This document shows positions 45,917 to 58,996 of a DNA stretch of 64,000 nt, piece after piece. Source of the DNA: Hydrolagus affinis. Taxonomy: Eukaryota. The notes below the pieces were generated by a model. It was not told the DNA's origin. It ran no database searches and worked only from the letters and a program-made list of their open reading frames with translations. The stretch lies in contig JAAILG010001144.1 in the NCBI GenBank assembly GCA_012026655.1, forward strand, positions 1 through 64,000. The letters run 5' to 3'. Made by a program: the position numbers and the translations under genes. How positions within the stretch are numbered: the stretch's first letter is position 1; each line of letters begins with the position of its first letter.

Positions 45917-48900
45917 CTGTGTGTGTGTGCCAAAGCATCTTACCTACATTCCTGGAAAATTCAAACTCAAAACTTCACTCATTTCTTATAAGAAGAAAGA
46001 ACTGCATATGTCCACATCAGCCTCAAAGGTTAGGAATGGAGATCAAGTGGTTTCCAGATGAAATTTCAAAGGAATGGGCATCACTATATAACTTGTCACT
46101 CATGACAGATGAATAATAAATTCAAAGTTCCTCTTCAATCTTAATGTTTCACAATTGTATATTAATAATTCTATATACAGTACTGTGTTCATGGATTAAA
46201 AAGTTGTTTTAATGAGCTGCAGATATAATTAAAAAAAAGGTTACACTGTGCATATCAGTGTTTTAATTTAAAATTGGGTTGAATAATTAAATAGTTAAAA
46301 GTGTAAAAGTTTATAAATCAAACTATCCTTTGACTGGATAAACAACATTCATGCACACATACTGACATAAAGGAAAATTAAGATGCAGAAGCAAACTAAA
46401 AATAGCATTATAAATTCCTGTACATTTCAATTTTAGCCTAAAGAATCATTAGAAAATTTACCTGTACGATCTTCTAAATTACAGGACCTATTCTACAAAT
46501 CCCATTTTACTATAACTTTGTCATAACCTGCAGTTTTCTATACTGCAGACGTCTGCAAAACCTTGGGGAGTGAATATAAATTTAAAAAAATGGATTTTAG
46601 TACTACACTTCAACTGATAACAATATTTGCTTTCTGGGGATATTTAAGAAAGCTGATAAAATTATTTTAACCAACTCTAACAAAGCCACACCTACATGGC
46701 TTGAAACAGTGTGACCCTAAATATTCTATGATATAATAAAACCACAAAAAATGTGTCAATTATTACCACATAACCATCTGGTCTATCATTACTCCAGGTA
46801 ATCAAATAGGAAGTCTTCCAAGCTTCACTGCTTACTTTTTTATTTAAAAAGCCTTACTCAGAAATCAATACAAGTCATGTTTCCCAAAATATAAACCCCT
46901 TCATTACTCCAACAAAAAAAAATGCATTTAAAATATATATTCAGGTTTAGTCAACCTCCTGATAAATTACTCCCATACAAAGTCCTTGGGTTTTGCTCTA
47001 ATGAAATTAGGTTGCAAGTCTAAAAAGATAATACTGTATGTAGTTATAAAACATAAAAAGCAAAATGTCAGCATTTACTGATCAACTTTCAGATTTATCG
47101 TGAGTAAAGTTAGTATTGCACAACATAAGTGTTTTTAAAATCAACTTTCATTTTCTAATCTGAACCTTTAGTTTTAAAATTCTTAACATGTCATGTTTGA
47201 ATGTGAAATTGACTGAAATCATATGTGGGCAACTCACTGATGGGAAACCAGAAATAGTGTCCCAAAATTAGTAGATGTGGAATGTTATAGCAAAGCAGAA
47301 GCATCAGCTTTGGGAAATTTAAGGGTGAAATGATCAGAAAAGGAGCACATAAACTCATAAACTCGCTCATTGAAGGTCCGTCTGAAGGCCTTCCTTGACT
47401 GCACTTTGTCAGTAATTCAGTTACTCTGGTCCTTAGGAAGGGCTTTTACAAAACACATTCAAGTTGTGACTAAATTAATATGAAGCTATTAAATAGCAGG
47501 TCACTGATTAGTAGAAGCCAGGTTCATTTCTAAAAAAAAACACTTCAACTCGAGTATGCTTAATATAAGTAACTCAATAGCATGATAACATGTTGCATCA
47601 CAGAAAAGTAAGACACTGGTTTATATATATTTCCCACAACAAGTTTCTACTTTTAGCCAGGACTTCAGTGGGAGTCCTGGCTATATGGGAGCCATTACTA
47701 CATGAGGGAGGAAGAGCAAACAAGAAACTCAACTCTACTACTCACACCACCTGGAAAAGAATTACTGTACTGTATTTTATCAGTTAAGTAATTTTTTTTA
47801 TGGAGAGGGAATGGAGAAAATAATTACACTTTGCAAAATGATGGTGCTGTGTTAATGTGCATTGTACACTCACTGAACATACTGAAACACCCAAAAGCAA
47901 ATCAAAATCAGTTCTTACACTCATTTTAGTTTCTAGGTTATGGAAACAGTAGATAATGAGTTAACTATAAAATAAAAGTTAAATCTACTCTTCCCTTGGC
48001 TTGTTTCCCTTTGACACTCACTGTGCTTCCCACTTCCTTCTGTCACCATTATGGTAAACTAAATTCTTCTCATTAACAGTCGGTGGTAATTCTATTGACG
48101 ATACCTACCAATATATGTTCTGAGAATGAGCACTTCACACTTTTGACAAACAAGAATCAATGGAGTTCAGTATTCTTTACTCTTCCATCGCTTAAAAGGT
48201 AGAAATTACCAACATATCGGTTTGGGGAAAAAAATGGCTATTATCCGGACAACCACATCACAGCTCTGTTATGAATAAGAAATACAATGTACTTGGGTCA
48301 AGTCAGGAGCATTACAAGGTGTTTCAGTAATGGTGCCAAACAGAGCAATGATATGATCCTCAATCCTGCCAGGTTGGATTAATCCAAATACAGTTGTTTC
48401 TTTTAAATATAGGGTTTCTTCCCTTCCTTCACCTAAAATAATCTCATGACTCATATCTTCCTTGGCAAAGTGGTGAGGTTAGTGATCTACTCCTAGGTTT
48501 CTACATACATTGCCTATAATTGGCTGATAACTATTCTGAAAGATTGGCCCCAAATTCCTTCAGATTAGCCCCTCAAGGTAAAACATCTGGCTTCCAGTTG
48601 AACACTGCCTTGTATTAGTAAATGTAATGCAACAAACAAATCATATCCAAGCATTCCATGGGCAACTCACCAACACTCCAGAACTATGCTATCCAACAGC
48701 TCATTAACTAATACGATCCAGGGTATAAATTACAATTTTACAACTTAAAAACCAAGATATCAATTAATTTACTTTAACCACCATAAATTTTCTTTAAAAT
48801 CAATTTACGGTAGTTCTAGAGAATTTACACTCAACTCCACATACTCCATTTATACGTTCAAACAATGTCATTGTTTAAAACCATCTGTTTAAACAAAGTA

Positions 48901-49189
48901 CTTTTAATTGATAAACAATTTAAGAATTGGTGATATTCATACAACTGGTTGAAGTCTTGATCAGCCTGTGAATAATCCATTGCAAATATTTTTAAACCGT
49001 TATATCTGGTCTTTATAAAGTTGATCAAAATCTATTACAGAAAAGTGAAAATTTCAGAGATAATCAAGATCAAGCATTATTGTTGGTTGTTTTGTTTAGC
49101 GATTAGTTTTGATTCAATTGATATAAATGTGCACAATGTTACAATTAAGGCTCACACTTGGCAGGATAGTTCTCATTTAAACACTAATA

Positions 49190-49475
49190 TGTTTCGCCCA
49201 CAAATATATAGTCAGCTTTCCTGCTCTCCTTCCCCCTGCACCGACCCCTCCCTTTGCCATTTTTCCTCTAATCCCACTTCTATGACTGTTTGTGGGACAC
49301 TGCTGTGTGCAATTTGGCTGCCGCATTTCGCCCACAAATATACAGGCAATTTTCCTACTCTTCTTCATCCTACCCGACCCCTCCCATTGCTCTTGTCCCT
49401 ACCTAACTGTACAGTGCCTTGGGACGTCCTCTCGACGTGAAAGGCGCTATATAATTGTAAGTTTTGATTGACTGA
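49190..49475 (+). mobile_element. Deu-core SINE variant with pyrimidine-rich body and (TTGA)n L2-like tail
   Basis: tgggacactgctgtgtgcaatttggctgccgcatttcgcccacaaat...ccttgggacgtcctctcgacgtgaaaggcgctatataa; a reverse copy lies at 13853-14010. Confidence 0.75.
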
Positions 49476-50336
49476 TAGGATTAGATATGATCACATTTCT
49501 ATTAATTAGTAAATAAGTCTGGAAGTTAGTAAACAAGTCTGGATCCGCAAGTCTGCAACAACTGTTCACACCAGAGAAGTACCTGTCATCTGCTGCCAAT
49601 ATTTATTATTATTAATAACAACAAGAATTCTTGCATTTGATATAACGCTTTACTGTATTAGGTACCTTAAAGCACTGAACAGAATATATTCCCACAATTC
49701 TCTGAATGGGCATTGCGCATTTTTGTTACCACAATGGTATGTGTCACCCTCATCTTTAAGGTTACTGTACAATGAAAACTCAAGAGAATTCAAACTAAAA
49801 TAGTGTGGAAAATTCAATGTCCAAAATAGGCTAAGAATTAGTGAATCTGCTCGTTAAGTCATCATACCCAATAATTTAGTGAACTTTATTAAAAAAAATT
49901 AAAAACAAAAGACAGACATTCAAATTGCATGAAGGTTCCCAGACTACCAAAACTTTCAGAGGATGACAAATACATCACTTTATAATTAGCTTAGCTCCAA
50001 GGCAAGTCTGCTTTCTTCCTCGCTCCTCCTACCATTATAATAATAAAAATAACTTTATTATGAAGCGAACAGTTGATAGTAGATGGCATCAACAAAAAAC
50101 AATACTATAAAATACTTTAAAAAAAAATAAAAGTGATTAAATTAGAAAGCACAATTATTTTTCAGATTTGTCTCTCTTGTAATGTAAAATGAATGACTAA
50201 TAATGAGAGTTCAGGAATTAAAAGATTGTAAACTACATCCTACTCATAGCAAAACCACAGCAAATAATGAAGCATCCTAAGAAGACCAGGAAATTAAATC
50301 GTGGAAAATAGTTTAAAATGGTAAATGGTACCTTAC

Positions 50337-50491
50337 CCAGTATTGTTTTATAACTTGTTGAAGAATTTCCCTACAACTTGAAGGCAACCATTTTTGCACT
50401 GAGAAAGAGGGCAATTTAAAACAATAATACTCAAGTCTAAAGGTCAGCAAATTATAATGGCATTCATTTGCTTTCAAGCAGTTCATAATTC
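50337..50491 (-). other. PPP6R3: Probable PPP6R3 5'UTR exon 2 (155 nt), containing an upstream in-frame ATG
   Basis: ctttgtggtag|GAATTATG...TACTGG|gtaagg; unique sequence between the promoter and the first coding exon. Confidence 0.55.
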
Positions 50492-51224
50492 CTACCACAA
50501 AGCCTTTCAATACACAAAAAACAGGGAAATTGGGGTCTAGACCAAACAAGACAAGAACAAGCTGGGAATTTTTAAAAAAGGAACTGTTAACAGGTAGTGC
50601 TAACTTTGGAAATTATTTCCATTAATAGTACTCAACATATGATGCCCCATAATCTGATATGAATATGGAAAACAGCTAATAGAAAATGCAAAACTGCCAG
50701 TCACCAGTCGTGACATTCTAAATCACAAGTGCATAATTAATAGAACTCCAAGATGGAATTTAAGCTACCTTCTTTACAGTAGATTTCTTTAAAATGTTAT
50801 GTTTTAAGCATTTAAGTCTTGGGTCATCCTCACAACGTGAAATGTGCTCTATAAATGTAATTTTGTTGCTGTTATTTTGTTGTTGTATTATGTATAGTTG
50901 CAAGCAACAGGATTTAGGGCAGGTGAAAACATGCAGGTTCTGATGGTATAGAAACCACACCCCAGTTTTCCAGAGTATATATTGTATGATTAACTTAACT
51001 ATATTGCCCTTATTATACTTAACCCAGAAGTGCAAGTGAAGTGCCGAGGATCACTTCATTCATGGCCACACTGGATTCACTCAATTCACTTTAAAGTATA
51101 TTTGAAATGGTGTATCCCTGGTTACTGGCATCATATCAAGTTATGCCCAAATGGAACACAGTGGAACTCTAGGTTCTGCAAGAAATTGGAGAACCCAAAA
51201 TAATATTGATGAAATATGTAATAT

Positions 51225-51400
51225 TCATACAATGTCCCACAAACAGCCATGAATGAGTGACCAATATTATTTGGGGAATTGTTGGCCAGGACACTGGAAG
51301 AAACTTGCTTCTCTTTTCGAAAGTGCCATGGGAATGCTTCTTGATCGAAAGAAACAACCACATATAAGAGGCTCACACACTCATGGATCTCAATATAAGT
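51225..51400 (-). mobile_element. Older Deu-domain SINE fragment
   Basis: cccacaaacagcc...ttggccaggacactggaagaaac...ttcgaaagtgccatggga. Confidence 0.6.
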
Positions 51401-52249
51401 TAAATATACCCTATACCCTCAACAGATGAGTTTTGAATAGATTACCAGTACGTATGAGTTTAATACTTATAATGCAATCATTGCAACAATTCACTGAACT
51501 GGTAACATTAACATAACTGGTAAATAAAAGAATTACTATTTTCAAAATACATGTTCATATTATGCAACTCAACAACGTCTTTGCCTGCAGATTCAGTACA
51601 CTGATAAAGCATTTACTAGATCAAAAAGAGTATCTCAAGTGTCTCAGTTCCAATCAGAATTTGAAAATGAAAACTACAAACAGAAAGATGACACAGCAAA
51701 TGCATACTAATCTCCAACTTAATGCCTCACGAACCTACTCTTCAAAGTTAGTCTGGGGACCAAAGGGTAAAGGAAGCCATTAGTTGCATTTAAAAACATA
51801 CATAAACACAAGAGTAACTAGGAAAACAACGCAGAGCAATCGATTATGCCTAAACCAGGAATTTCGAAACATTTCCAGATTTGTACCTGCTACAATTGGG
51901 AAGCAAAGTGCGACATAAAATATGATCACACGCGCACACACAGAAAAATTACAGCGAGAGAAATTGTACAGCGAACGCTTGCTTGCCAGCCGTGTATTTG
52001 TCATAAACACAGACAATGTTGTTGTGACAGAAAAAGCCCTCACTCAACCGTCGCCTCTGAAAGCAAAGCAATCATAAGAGTCGGAAATTAATCTAACCGC
52101 CACTCACCGGTGGAATATAAAAACACAACAGCCGGTCCAAAAAAAAAGGGGGCTTTTTAAAATCTTTTTATAATATATATACATATATATAATAAAATAA
52201 AAACACTCTTTCTTGTCTTGTCTGGATGGGATTCCCTTCCCATTAGGCT

Positions 52250-53080
52250 TTCCCAACAACAGCGGTGGAGGGGGCGGGATAAAGGGACATCAACAACCTC
52301 CCGCACTGTACTAGACAAGCTACAAACAACAGGAGCAGGAGGACAGGCCCCGGGCCACAGACTTTACCTCCTCTTCCTTCTCCTCCTCCTGTTTACCACA
52401 AAATAAATGGGGGGGGGGGGGCAAACACACACATACATACAGAGAGAGAGAGAAGCCACACCAATACGTACCCAACGGTTTCATAAAAATCTATTATTCG
52501 CAGTGATTAACGAAAAGGAGGGTAGCCAGGGAACTGTGCTAGAGAATAAACGTACGTGTGTGTGTGAGAGAGAGAGAGAGAGAGATGCGGGGAGGGGGAG
52601 GGTAAGAAATGAGTATTGGCTCGACCGCGAAATAAATTTTCACAAGCGGTCGGCGGGAAAGCAGAGCTACAAACCCCACCAAGTTTCCAAGATGGCGCCC
52701 GTCTGTGCCAGTGCGGCTCAAGCTCCGAGCGGGCGGATGCGGCTTGTTTTTGACAATCCCAGCAGCCAACGCGCACCTCCCCTCCCCTCCAACCACCACC
52801 AGTCCAACCTGTCAATCAATCTACGGCGGCTCCTCCTCCTCCCCCCCCCCCCACCCCTCCAGCCGGGTGGAGGGAGATAAACAAGCCGAGGCCAACCTGT
52901 CAATCAAGCGATTAAGTCCCACCCCCGGCAGCTCCCTACTCTCACCAGTCATTCGGACACATCCGTCAATCACAGCCCCAGTTGACCAATCAGAGGAGCG
53001 CCCCAGCACTAGGGCGAACAGCCCGCCCCCTTTTTTTCGTACCCCTGGTCCCATTGGCTGCTTTCTCTCTTTTTGGGGGG
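52250..53080 (-). promoter_or_regulatory. CpG-island housekeeping promoter of PPP6R3
   Basis: Locally GC/CpG-rich. YY1-type CAAGATGGCG at 52688-52697; E2F-like CCGCGAAA at 52625-52632 and GGCGGGAAA at 52652-52660; TGATTGAC(A/G)G x3 at 52809, 52897 and 52963; CCAAT at 52986 and 53053; GC box at about 53021-53030. Confidence 0.8.
52368..52740 (-). other. PPP6R3: Probable PPP6R3 non-coding exon 1 (TSS position approximate)
   Basis: Purine-rich GGAGGAGGAGAAGGAAGAGGAG|gtaaag donor inside the CpG-rich region, downstream of the promoter motifs. Confidence 0.55.
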
Positions 53081-53141
53081 GTCAATGAGCCCCCTGTGTG
53101 TAGTGTGTTGGGTGAATAATCATCAGAATCGTCATCATCGC

Positions 53142-53285
53142 AATAAAAATCCTTGCGTTTGATATAGTGCCTTATCACGCCTGCGAGCCTTCCCAAAACA
53201 CTTCCCGGGATATACTGTAAAGTGAATAGGCTGTGTATTCTGTGGGCGAAACGTACACAAACAGCCTTGTGGATACTGTGTGGGC
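53142..53285 (-). mobile_element. SINE 3' half immediately upstream of the promoter
   Basis: Same tail and core family, CpG-retaining. Confidence 0.75.
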
Positions 53286-54906
53286 GGAGGAGATCTCTGT
53301 CTGTCAAGAAGTGTCATGGACCTATTTGTTTTACACACGCACTCACATAACAAGCGAAAAAAAAAGAGACGGGTTATGCCAATGTTTCAGGAGAAAAATA
53401 AGTGACAGTTTTTAACCAGATGACTCTCGCTGTTGATTAACGGAGGTGGGAGGCAAACAGGAGTCATGGAAAGGGTTGGAAACCAATAGCTCGATTGCAT
53501 CTGGTTTAAAGGGTCGGTTTCCTCTTGGGGAGCTTCTGTGGCTAGGCTCAGTTCCTGTGCAGACTGTTATGCAAACCTGCCATTTTGCACTCTGAAAATA
53601 AATTGTAGTATATTAACAACAAAGCAAGATAATTTCTTTACCAGATACCAAAAAACATAATGCATAATCTACGCCTAGCAATTTAATCTTATTGTCATAC
53701 ATTGTACCATATGTCCTCTTTTACCCTTGATGCCGATGTTTATTACACTTTTAACCATCTTTTTATCAAACAATTTGAAAATCTTCAATTTATAAGCAGG
53801 TATCTGTATCAAATGCAACTATTACTGTATTCCCCATTCTTCGATGGGACATTCTTTTAGTTGAATAATGTGTTCCTAATATTACCCACACATTTGATGT
53901 TTGCAAAATATCTAATTAGATTAGATCAACTAAATTCCACCTAGCATTCAGAGAAAGTCTGTTACAATAATAGCATTTATTCAGAATAATTTGTCACATA
54001 TTCACTGTGCTGCTTCAGTTTGTAAGAACATTTTAATATTGGTTTGAGAAAAAAAAAGCTAAGAGGATAAAGTTGAAGAGCTACGGTTTCAGAAAGGGGA
54101 TTGTATTCCCTGACCATTTTCCTTTTAAAAGCATGAGTTGTTGCTTTGGCTACACACAAACAAAATTCTAGCTGGGTTGATGGCATCAACTAAAAGCTGG
54201 CTAAACCTTTTGTTCTGAGCTCTTTATGTAAATCTTCCATGTGTGGGGCAGACTAAGCCCAATTTCAATTCTGCTTTCCAAGTACTTTTCAAAAACTAAT
54301 GTCATTTTTGGAATTCCTCACCCTCATTAGTAGCAATTTGGAGCAATTAAGATATTAGAATACGGCATTATTCCTTAAACCAACTATACAGCAATGCATT
54401 TATGAAAAGGATTATAAATGGGAGATAAAGTGGGGCTTTTCCTGATCTACAGGGTAAATATATACTGTAATACATTCCTGTCAATAAATGGAAAGTCACT
54501 TAAAATGGATACCTTGCAGCTTGCGTTTGATTTGTCTGGATATGCTGTACAGTATGTGATTTCATGTATTTTTAAGTATTGAAACCATAAAATTGATAAG
54601 TGATGAACATTCATTATTTATTTCTCTATCATTTTTGATCATTACGATAGTTACATATCTTCAGGTCAGATAGTGGAGATCATTCATGTAAACGGGTAGA
54701 AAAAAGGATTACAAATGAGCAAAATGCATGAAATAAGTGGAGCAGTTTTAACTATATCTAATGTGCAATTCAGGATCCTGAAATGTTACCTTCCCTTCGA
54801 CTTTCAGTTGCCGAATGACTAGCTCTGGATTTCCTGCATTTTCTCTTTTTATTTGAAGCTCACTTGCAGTTTTTCAAGTTTTTACATTAAAACCCAATGG
54901 TTCAAT

Positions 54907-54951
54907 GTGTGTGTGTGTGTGTGTGTCAGCATGGATGTTTTCTCTCTCTCT
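54907..54951. repeat. (TG)n and (CT)n microsatellites
   Basis: Direct inspection. Similar short tracts occur at about 6818-6834, 35373-35402 and 52556-52585. Confidence 0.9.
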
Positions 54952-56094
54952 AGCACATTTGTAATTGATACATTATAAATCCTTAAATTGCATGTTTATC
55001 CCCATTGTCCTTAACACAAAGCTGGAACCTTCATTGAGAAGAAATTGAATCTTGAGGTCTGGTTCTCTTTCATTATTATAATACCATTGTACAGTCTTTT
55101 AAATTGGCATTTGGAAACCAAAATGCTTTCTGTTTCCAACACAACCTAGTTTATTAACACCCTGTAGTCTTCCTGAGTTCATGGTGTGGATTCAAGCAGG
55201 TCATCCATATTTTCAGAAATCATTTTTGGAAGAATTGTTCTAAGAAACAGCATAAACAGGCCATCATTTTCTTAGTACGTCAGACCAACAATTAGTGGGT
55301 ATCCATTCAGGAGACACAAATTCCGTACTGCTTAATATATTGACAAAAGTTAAAGCCAACCTTTATGAAAGCCTGAGTTTAAGATTGCCTGGAGCTCATC
55401 TCAAATGACTTTTGATGGAGATTCTTATTAATAATAACAATATATACTATGTAAATGTACTGTTCCACAAACCGTAAACTGACATTAAAACTTATTTTGT
55501 CGGAGTTTTAGGGAGTTTTATTGATTCCAGCTATAGGTTTGAGGGAGTTTTCCATCCAGAGTCAGTTATCTTGAATTGGAACCTGGAATTTCCAGAACAG
55601 AAACACGCCATGTGGCCCTTCATCTGTCGACATGCTGGTACTATTTTCATCTATGGAGTTATACAATGCCACCCTTCTGGTCTTTCCCAATAAAGTCAAA
55701 ATAATTCTTCATGTTGTGCAACCAACTTAAACAGCCAACAGTATTTGGCTGTGAAACTACAGAATTCTACATATCAATAATAATCCTTGCAGTAGATGTA
55801 CAGTAGTGCCTTTCACCCAGGGAGCACATCACAGGATTCACTGGAAAGTGTGGCTACTGCATTTTGTAGGCTCTTTCTAAAGCAAATAAATCAGGCAAAT
55901 ATAATTTTAAGATGCATAATGAGGAGCATTAAGTTGAAGGAGCTTGTGTTTGCTCCTCCCAAAGCTTGAATTACATCAGATACATATCAAATGCAGGTTT
56001 TGTCTCTGTGTTCACTGAAATATATTAATTAGGGTAGAAAGTAGGGAGATATTTCCATATCATACAAATTTAGGAAGCAGAAGCTTTGATTAGC

Positions 56095-56290
56095 GTCATT
56101 AAAAGCAAGAAAGGTTTTATTGGAGACCCTATTGAAGTGCATAAAATGACAAAGGGACTTAATAAAAAGGACGTAAGAGATGCTGTGGTGTCTTAGCTTA
56201 ATGTATACTATTCAATATGTACTCAGCGAATAGAGAAGAAAGCTCTCAGGTTCGATAATTCACATGAGCACTTCCAACGGAGAGTGGAGA
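56095..56290 (+). mobile_element. Degraded CR1 ORF2 C-terminal fragment
   Basis: ggagaccctattgaagtgcataaaatgacaaaggga translates to GDPIEVHKMTKG, resembling the CR1 GDLIEVYKI..G motif. Confidence 0.5.
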
Positions 56291-56784
56291 AGAAATCAGT
56301 CAGGGTACAAACTCCTTTTCCGACCCCAGATAATTTTTAAACAAATGTTAATTTGCTTCACAGCTGCTTATGGCACATTTCTGTGTCCAAAAGTGACTTT
56401 CTCATTCACCAGCAAAACAAAACAATCACATTATATCGAGTGAAATGCTTTGGGACATCCACTGAGATGAAACACACCATACCAAGAGTAAGAAATATAA
56501 TTGCTGTATTATCTTGTGTCTGTACTGACATTGATATCCAGTAACCTTTGTAGGAAAATACCCATCTGTAGATGTCAGCTGAAGATGCAATTATAATATC
56601 CCATGGTTGGACATCCTGCTAACACTTGAAGAATGAGGTAACAGAGAGACCTCAGCACATGTGAACACAAACTGAGCATGAGTCAGCATTCACAGAAAAA
56701 AAGGGAAGGCGGAGGAAGAAAACAAGAAGTTGAGATATTATTAACATTTAGATTTGAAGCACAGAAAGAGTATTTTGGAATGTA

Positions 56785-57040
56785 CAACAACAAAACAAAA
56801 TTACATTTATAGAGCGGCCTTTCATGTCGGGAGGACGTCCCAAGGCGCTGAGCAGCCAGGGATCGGGACTCGAGTACGGGGGAGGGCCAGGGTAGGGTGG
56901 GGGGAGAGAGGGAGGGAGAGAGGTGGGAGGTTGGCAGAAGGCACGATCGAAAAGGAGGGTCTGGAAACCGGCTTTGAAGGAAGCAAGGGAGGAAGCGAGG
57001 TGAAGGGACTGTGGGATGGAGTTCCAGAGTGTGGAGGCAG
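56785..57040 (-). mobile_element. Young L2-type LINE 3' fragment
   Basis: (CAA)n tail, agagcggcctttcatgtcgggaggacgtcccaaggcgc, ggagttccagagtgtggaggc; CpG-rich. Confidence 0.8.
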
Positions 57041-58699
57041 ATTAATGTAAGAACCAAACAGGATATTTGGCAAAATTTTCCTATAGAATACCATTATAGT
57101 TTGGCACCCAGCATTGTAGTTTGATTTTAAAGAAAAGTTAATTAGTTTGGCACATTGCTGATGAATGGTTGGAAAAAAAAGGGAGTGAGCACAAGTCAAC
57201 GAATATGTTTGAAATGGTGATAAGGCTGATACTGGGTGAAAGACAGGATGGAATTACTTCCACATCTTTATTCCCAAAATTTACATTATAAAGAACCACT
57301 CAAATTAAACAAGTAATGATTTTCTTCTCATTTTTAAATGTAAAAACACATTGAATTACAGTATTGCTTTTTTAAAAAAAATCTAATCTTCATTTATGTG
57401 TATTTCTGTTTGGCTATTTCCCCAAAATATTATTAAACCTCATATTAAAAGCATTTTTCTTCCTGGAATTTGCAATGTATTTCGCTTGACTTCAAACTAA
57501 AGCAATTACAGTACTGAGGTTTTGATTGGTTCAACTGAATTTCTGTGGTCAAAATGAAAATTGGCAAATGCTTTTAATATGGGGGTGGGGTGGGGGGGCG
57601 GTGGGGAAGGGGGGATGGGTGGAGGGGGAGGGATAGGACAAGATGAGTCAAACAAAGAACATCATTAACATCATCTCTAGAAATGTCTGTGGCCCCAACC
57701 ATCTGTCATCGTGACCCAGGGGATATTACTGATTCCAGAGGGAGAGAAGGCAGAGAATAAATGATGAAAAGAAATTGTGAAAAAGATTTTTCTTAATCAG
57801 TTACTTGAATGAACAAGAATATGAATAAGCTAGGTACCATCACAATATGTTTGTGTTGGAAATCAATGATAAATTGTTTACAGTTTTTGTGCTTGTTGCA
57901 ACTGTTGCACAGATACGTTAATTGAATCATTATGCTGTTGCTTCCATAATTAACAATTTCACTGGCCATTTGATGTTTCACAGTTGAGAAAGCCCCAAAC
58001 AATAATTAACATTAAGTACTAAACATGGTTTTTATGACATCCCTCAAGGACTCCCATCAGAAACCACAAGGAAAGAAATTTCACCTGGGACTAGATTTAC
58101 TCTATTAACGCAACGTTTTAAAGAGCATGCAGAATTTGGCAAATCCTTCAATGGAACCTTAATTTCCAAGACAGTTTTCTGCTATTTCTGTTCAAGAACT
58201 TAAGGGAAAATCAACTTCAAAGTTGAGACCAATTTCAGCAATTTGCCGAACTGTAGGTCCCGCGTTTCAAGAAATGAAAATGCCGACTTTCTGCACATTG
58301 TGCCCCGTCGACTGGCCTCAATATAAATTGTCCATCACAGGGAACTGCTATGGGGCAGGTTCAGCAGCAGCATTTGAACTGCCACAAAACATATCCAAGG
58401 ACGTCAATCATGATTTGATGGCGCGAAGGTGAACTCAGGAGAGGAAATTGCATCACAGTGAAAAGATGTGCTGAAAGCCCTGGCGAGATATGTTCCACCT
58501 GCAACAAGCTGAATGGCAGCGCCGTAGTCTGCATCCTGAAATGATCTCTGGACATCAAGCCTTTCAAACCAAGCTTCTCTATATGCTGCAGAACTCTCAA
58601 AACTGCTCAGAATCGATTGAAAATGAAACCGCTCTTCCCAGAATTAAATCTCCATGTGAAGACAATAACATATTTAAATGGATTTCCATTATTACTATG

Positions 58700-58996
58700 C
58701 CTACAGTCACAAGTCACCCGTCATCCCCCCCCACCCAAACCCCCCCCCATTCCACCCCACCCACCCCCAACACCTGCTGCCGCCACCCCCCCTATTTGCG
58801 TCGTACTCCACCACTGTCAAGCGCTCTGGGACACTACCCTGCGTGAGGAGAGCTATATAAATACAAGTTGTTGTTGTGCGTCAATGCGCCCACAAATATA
58901 CAGTCAATTCACTTTACAGTATATTCTGTGAAGCGCTTTGAGACGTCGATAAGATATGAAAAGCGCTGTATTGAATGCAAGGATTATTATTATTAT
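58700..58996 (+). mobile_element. L2-like tail followed directly by a SINE 3' half
   Basis: agcgctctgggacac...gctatataaatacaagttgttgttg, then cgcccacaaatatacagtcaattcactttacag...gcaaggattattattat. Confidence 0.7.

Noticed and set aside
49021-49440. 139-aa ORF containing SPSPCTDPS, resembling the LRP5/6 C-terminus
   Set aside because: The motif lies in a pyrimidine-rich SINE body inside a PPP6R3 intron and has no splice structure, so it is coincidental.
52407-53088. Long overlapping ORFs (157 aa, 127 aa etc.) at the CpG island
   Set aside because: These are low-complexity translations expected in GC-rich, stop-poor promoter DNA, with no recognisable protein.
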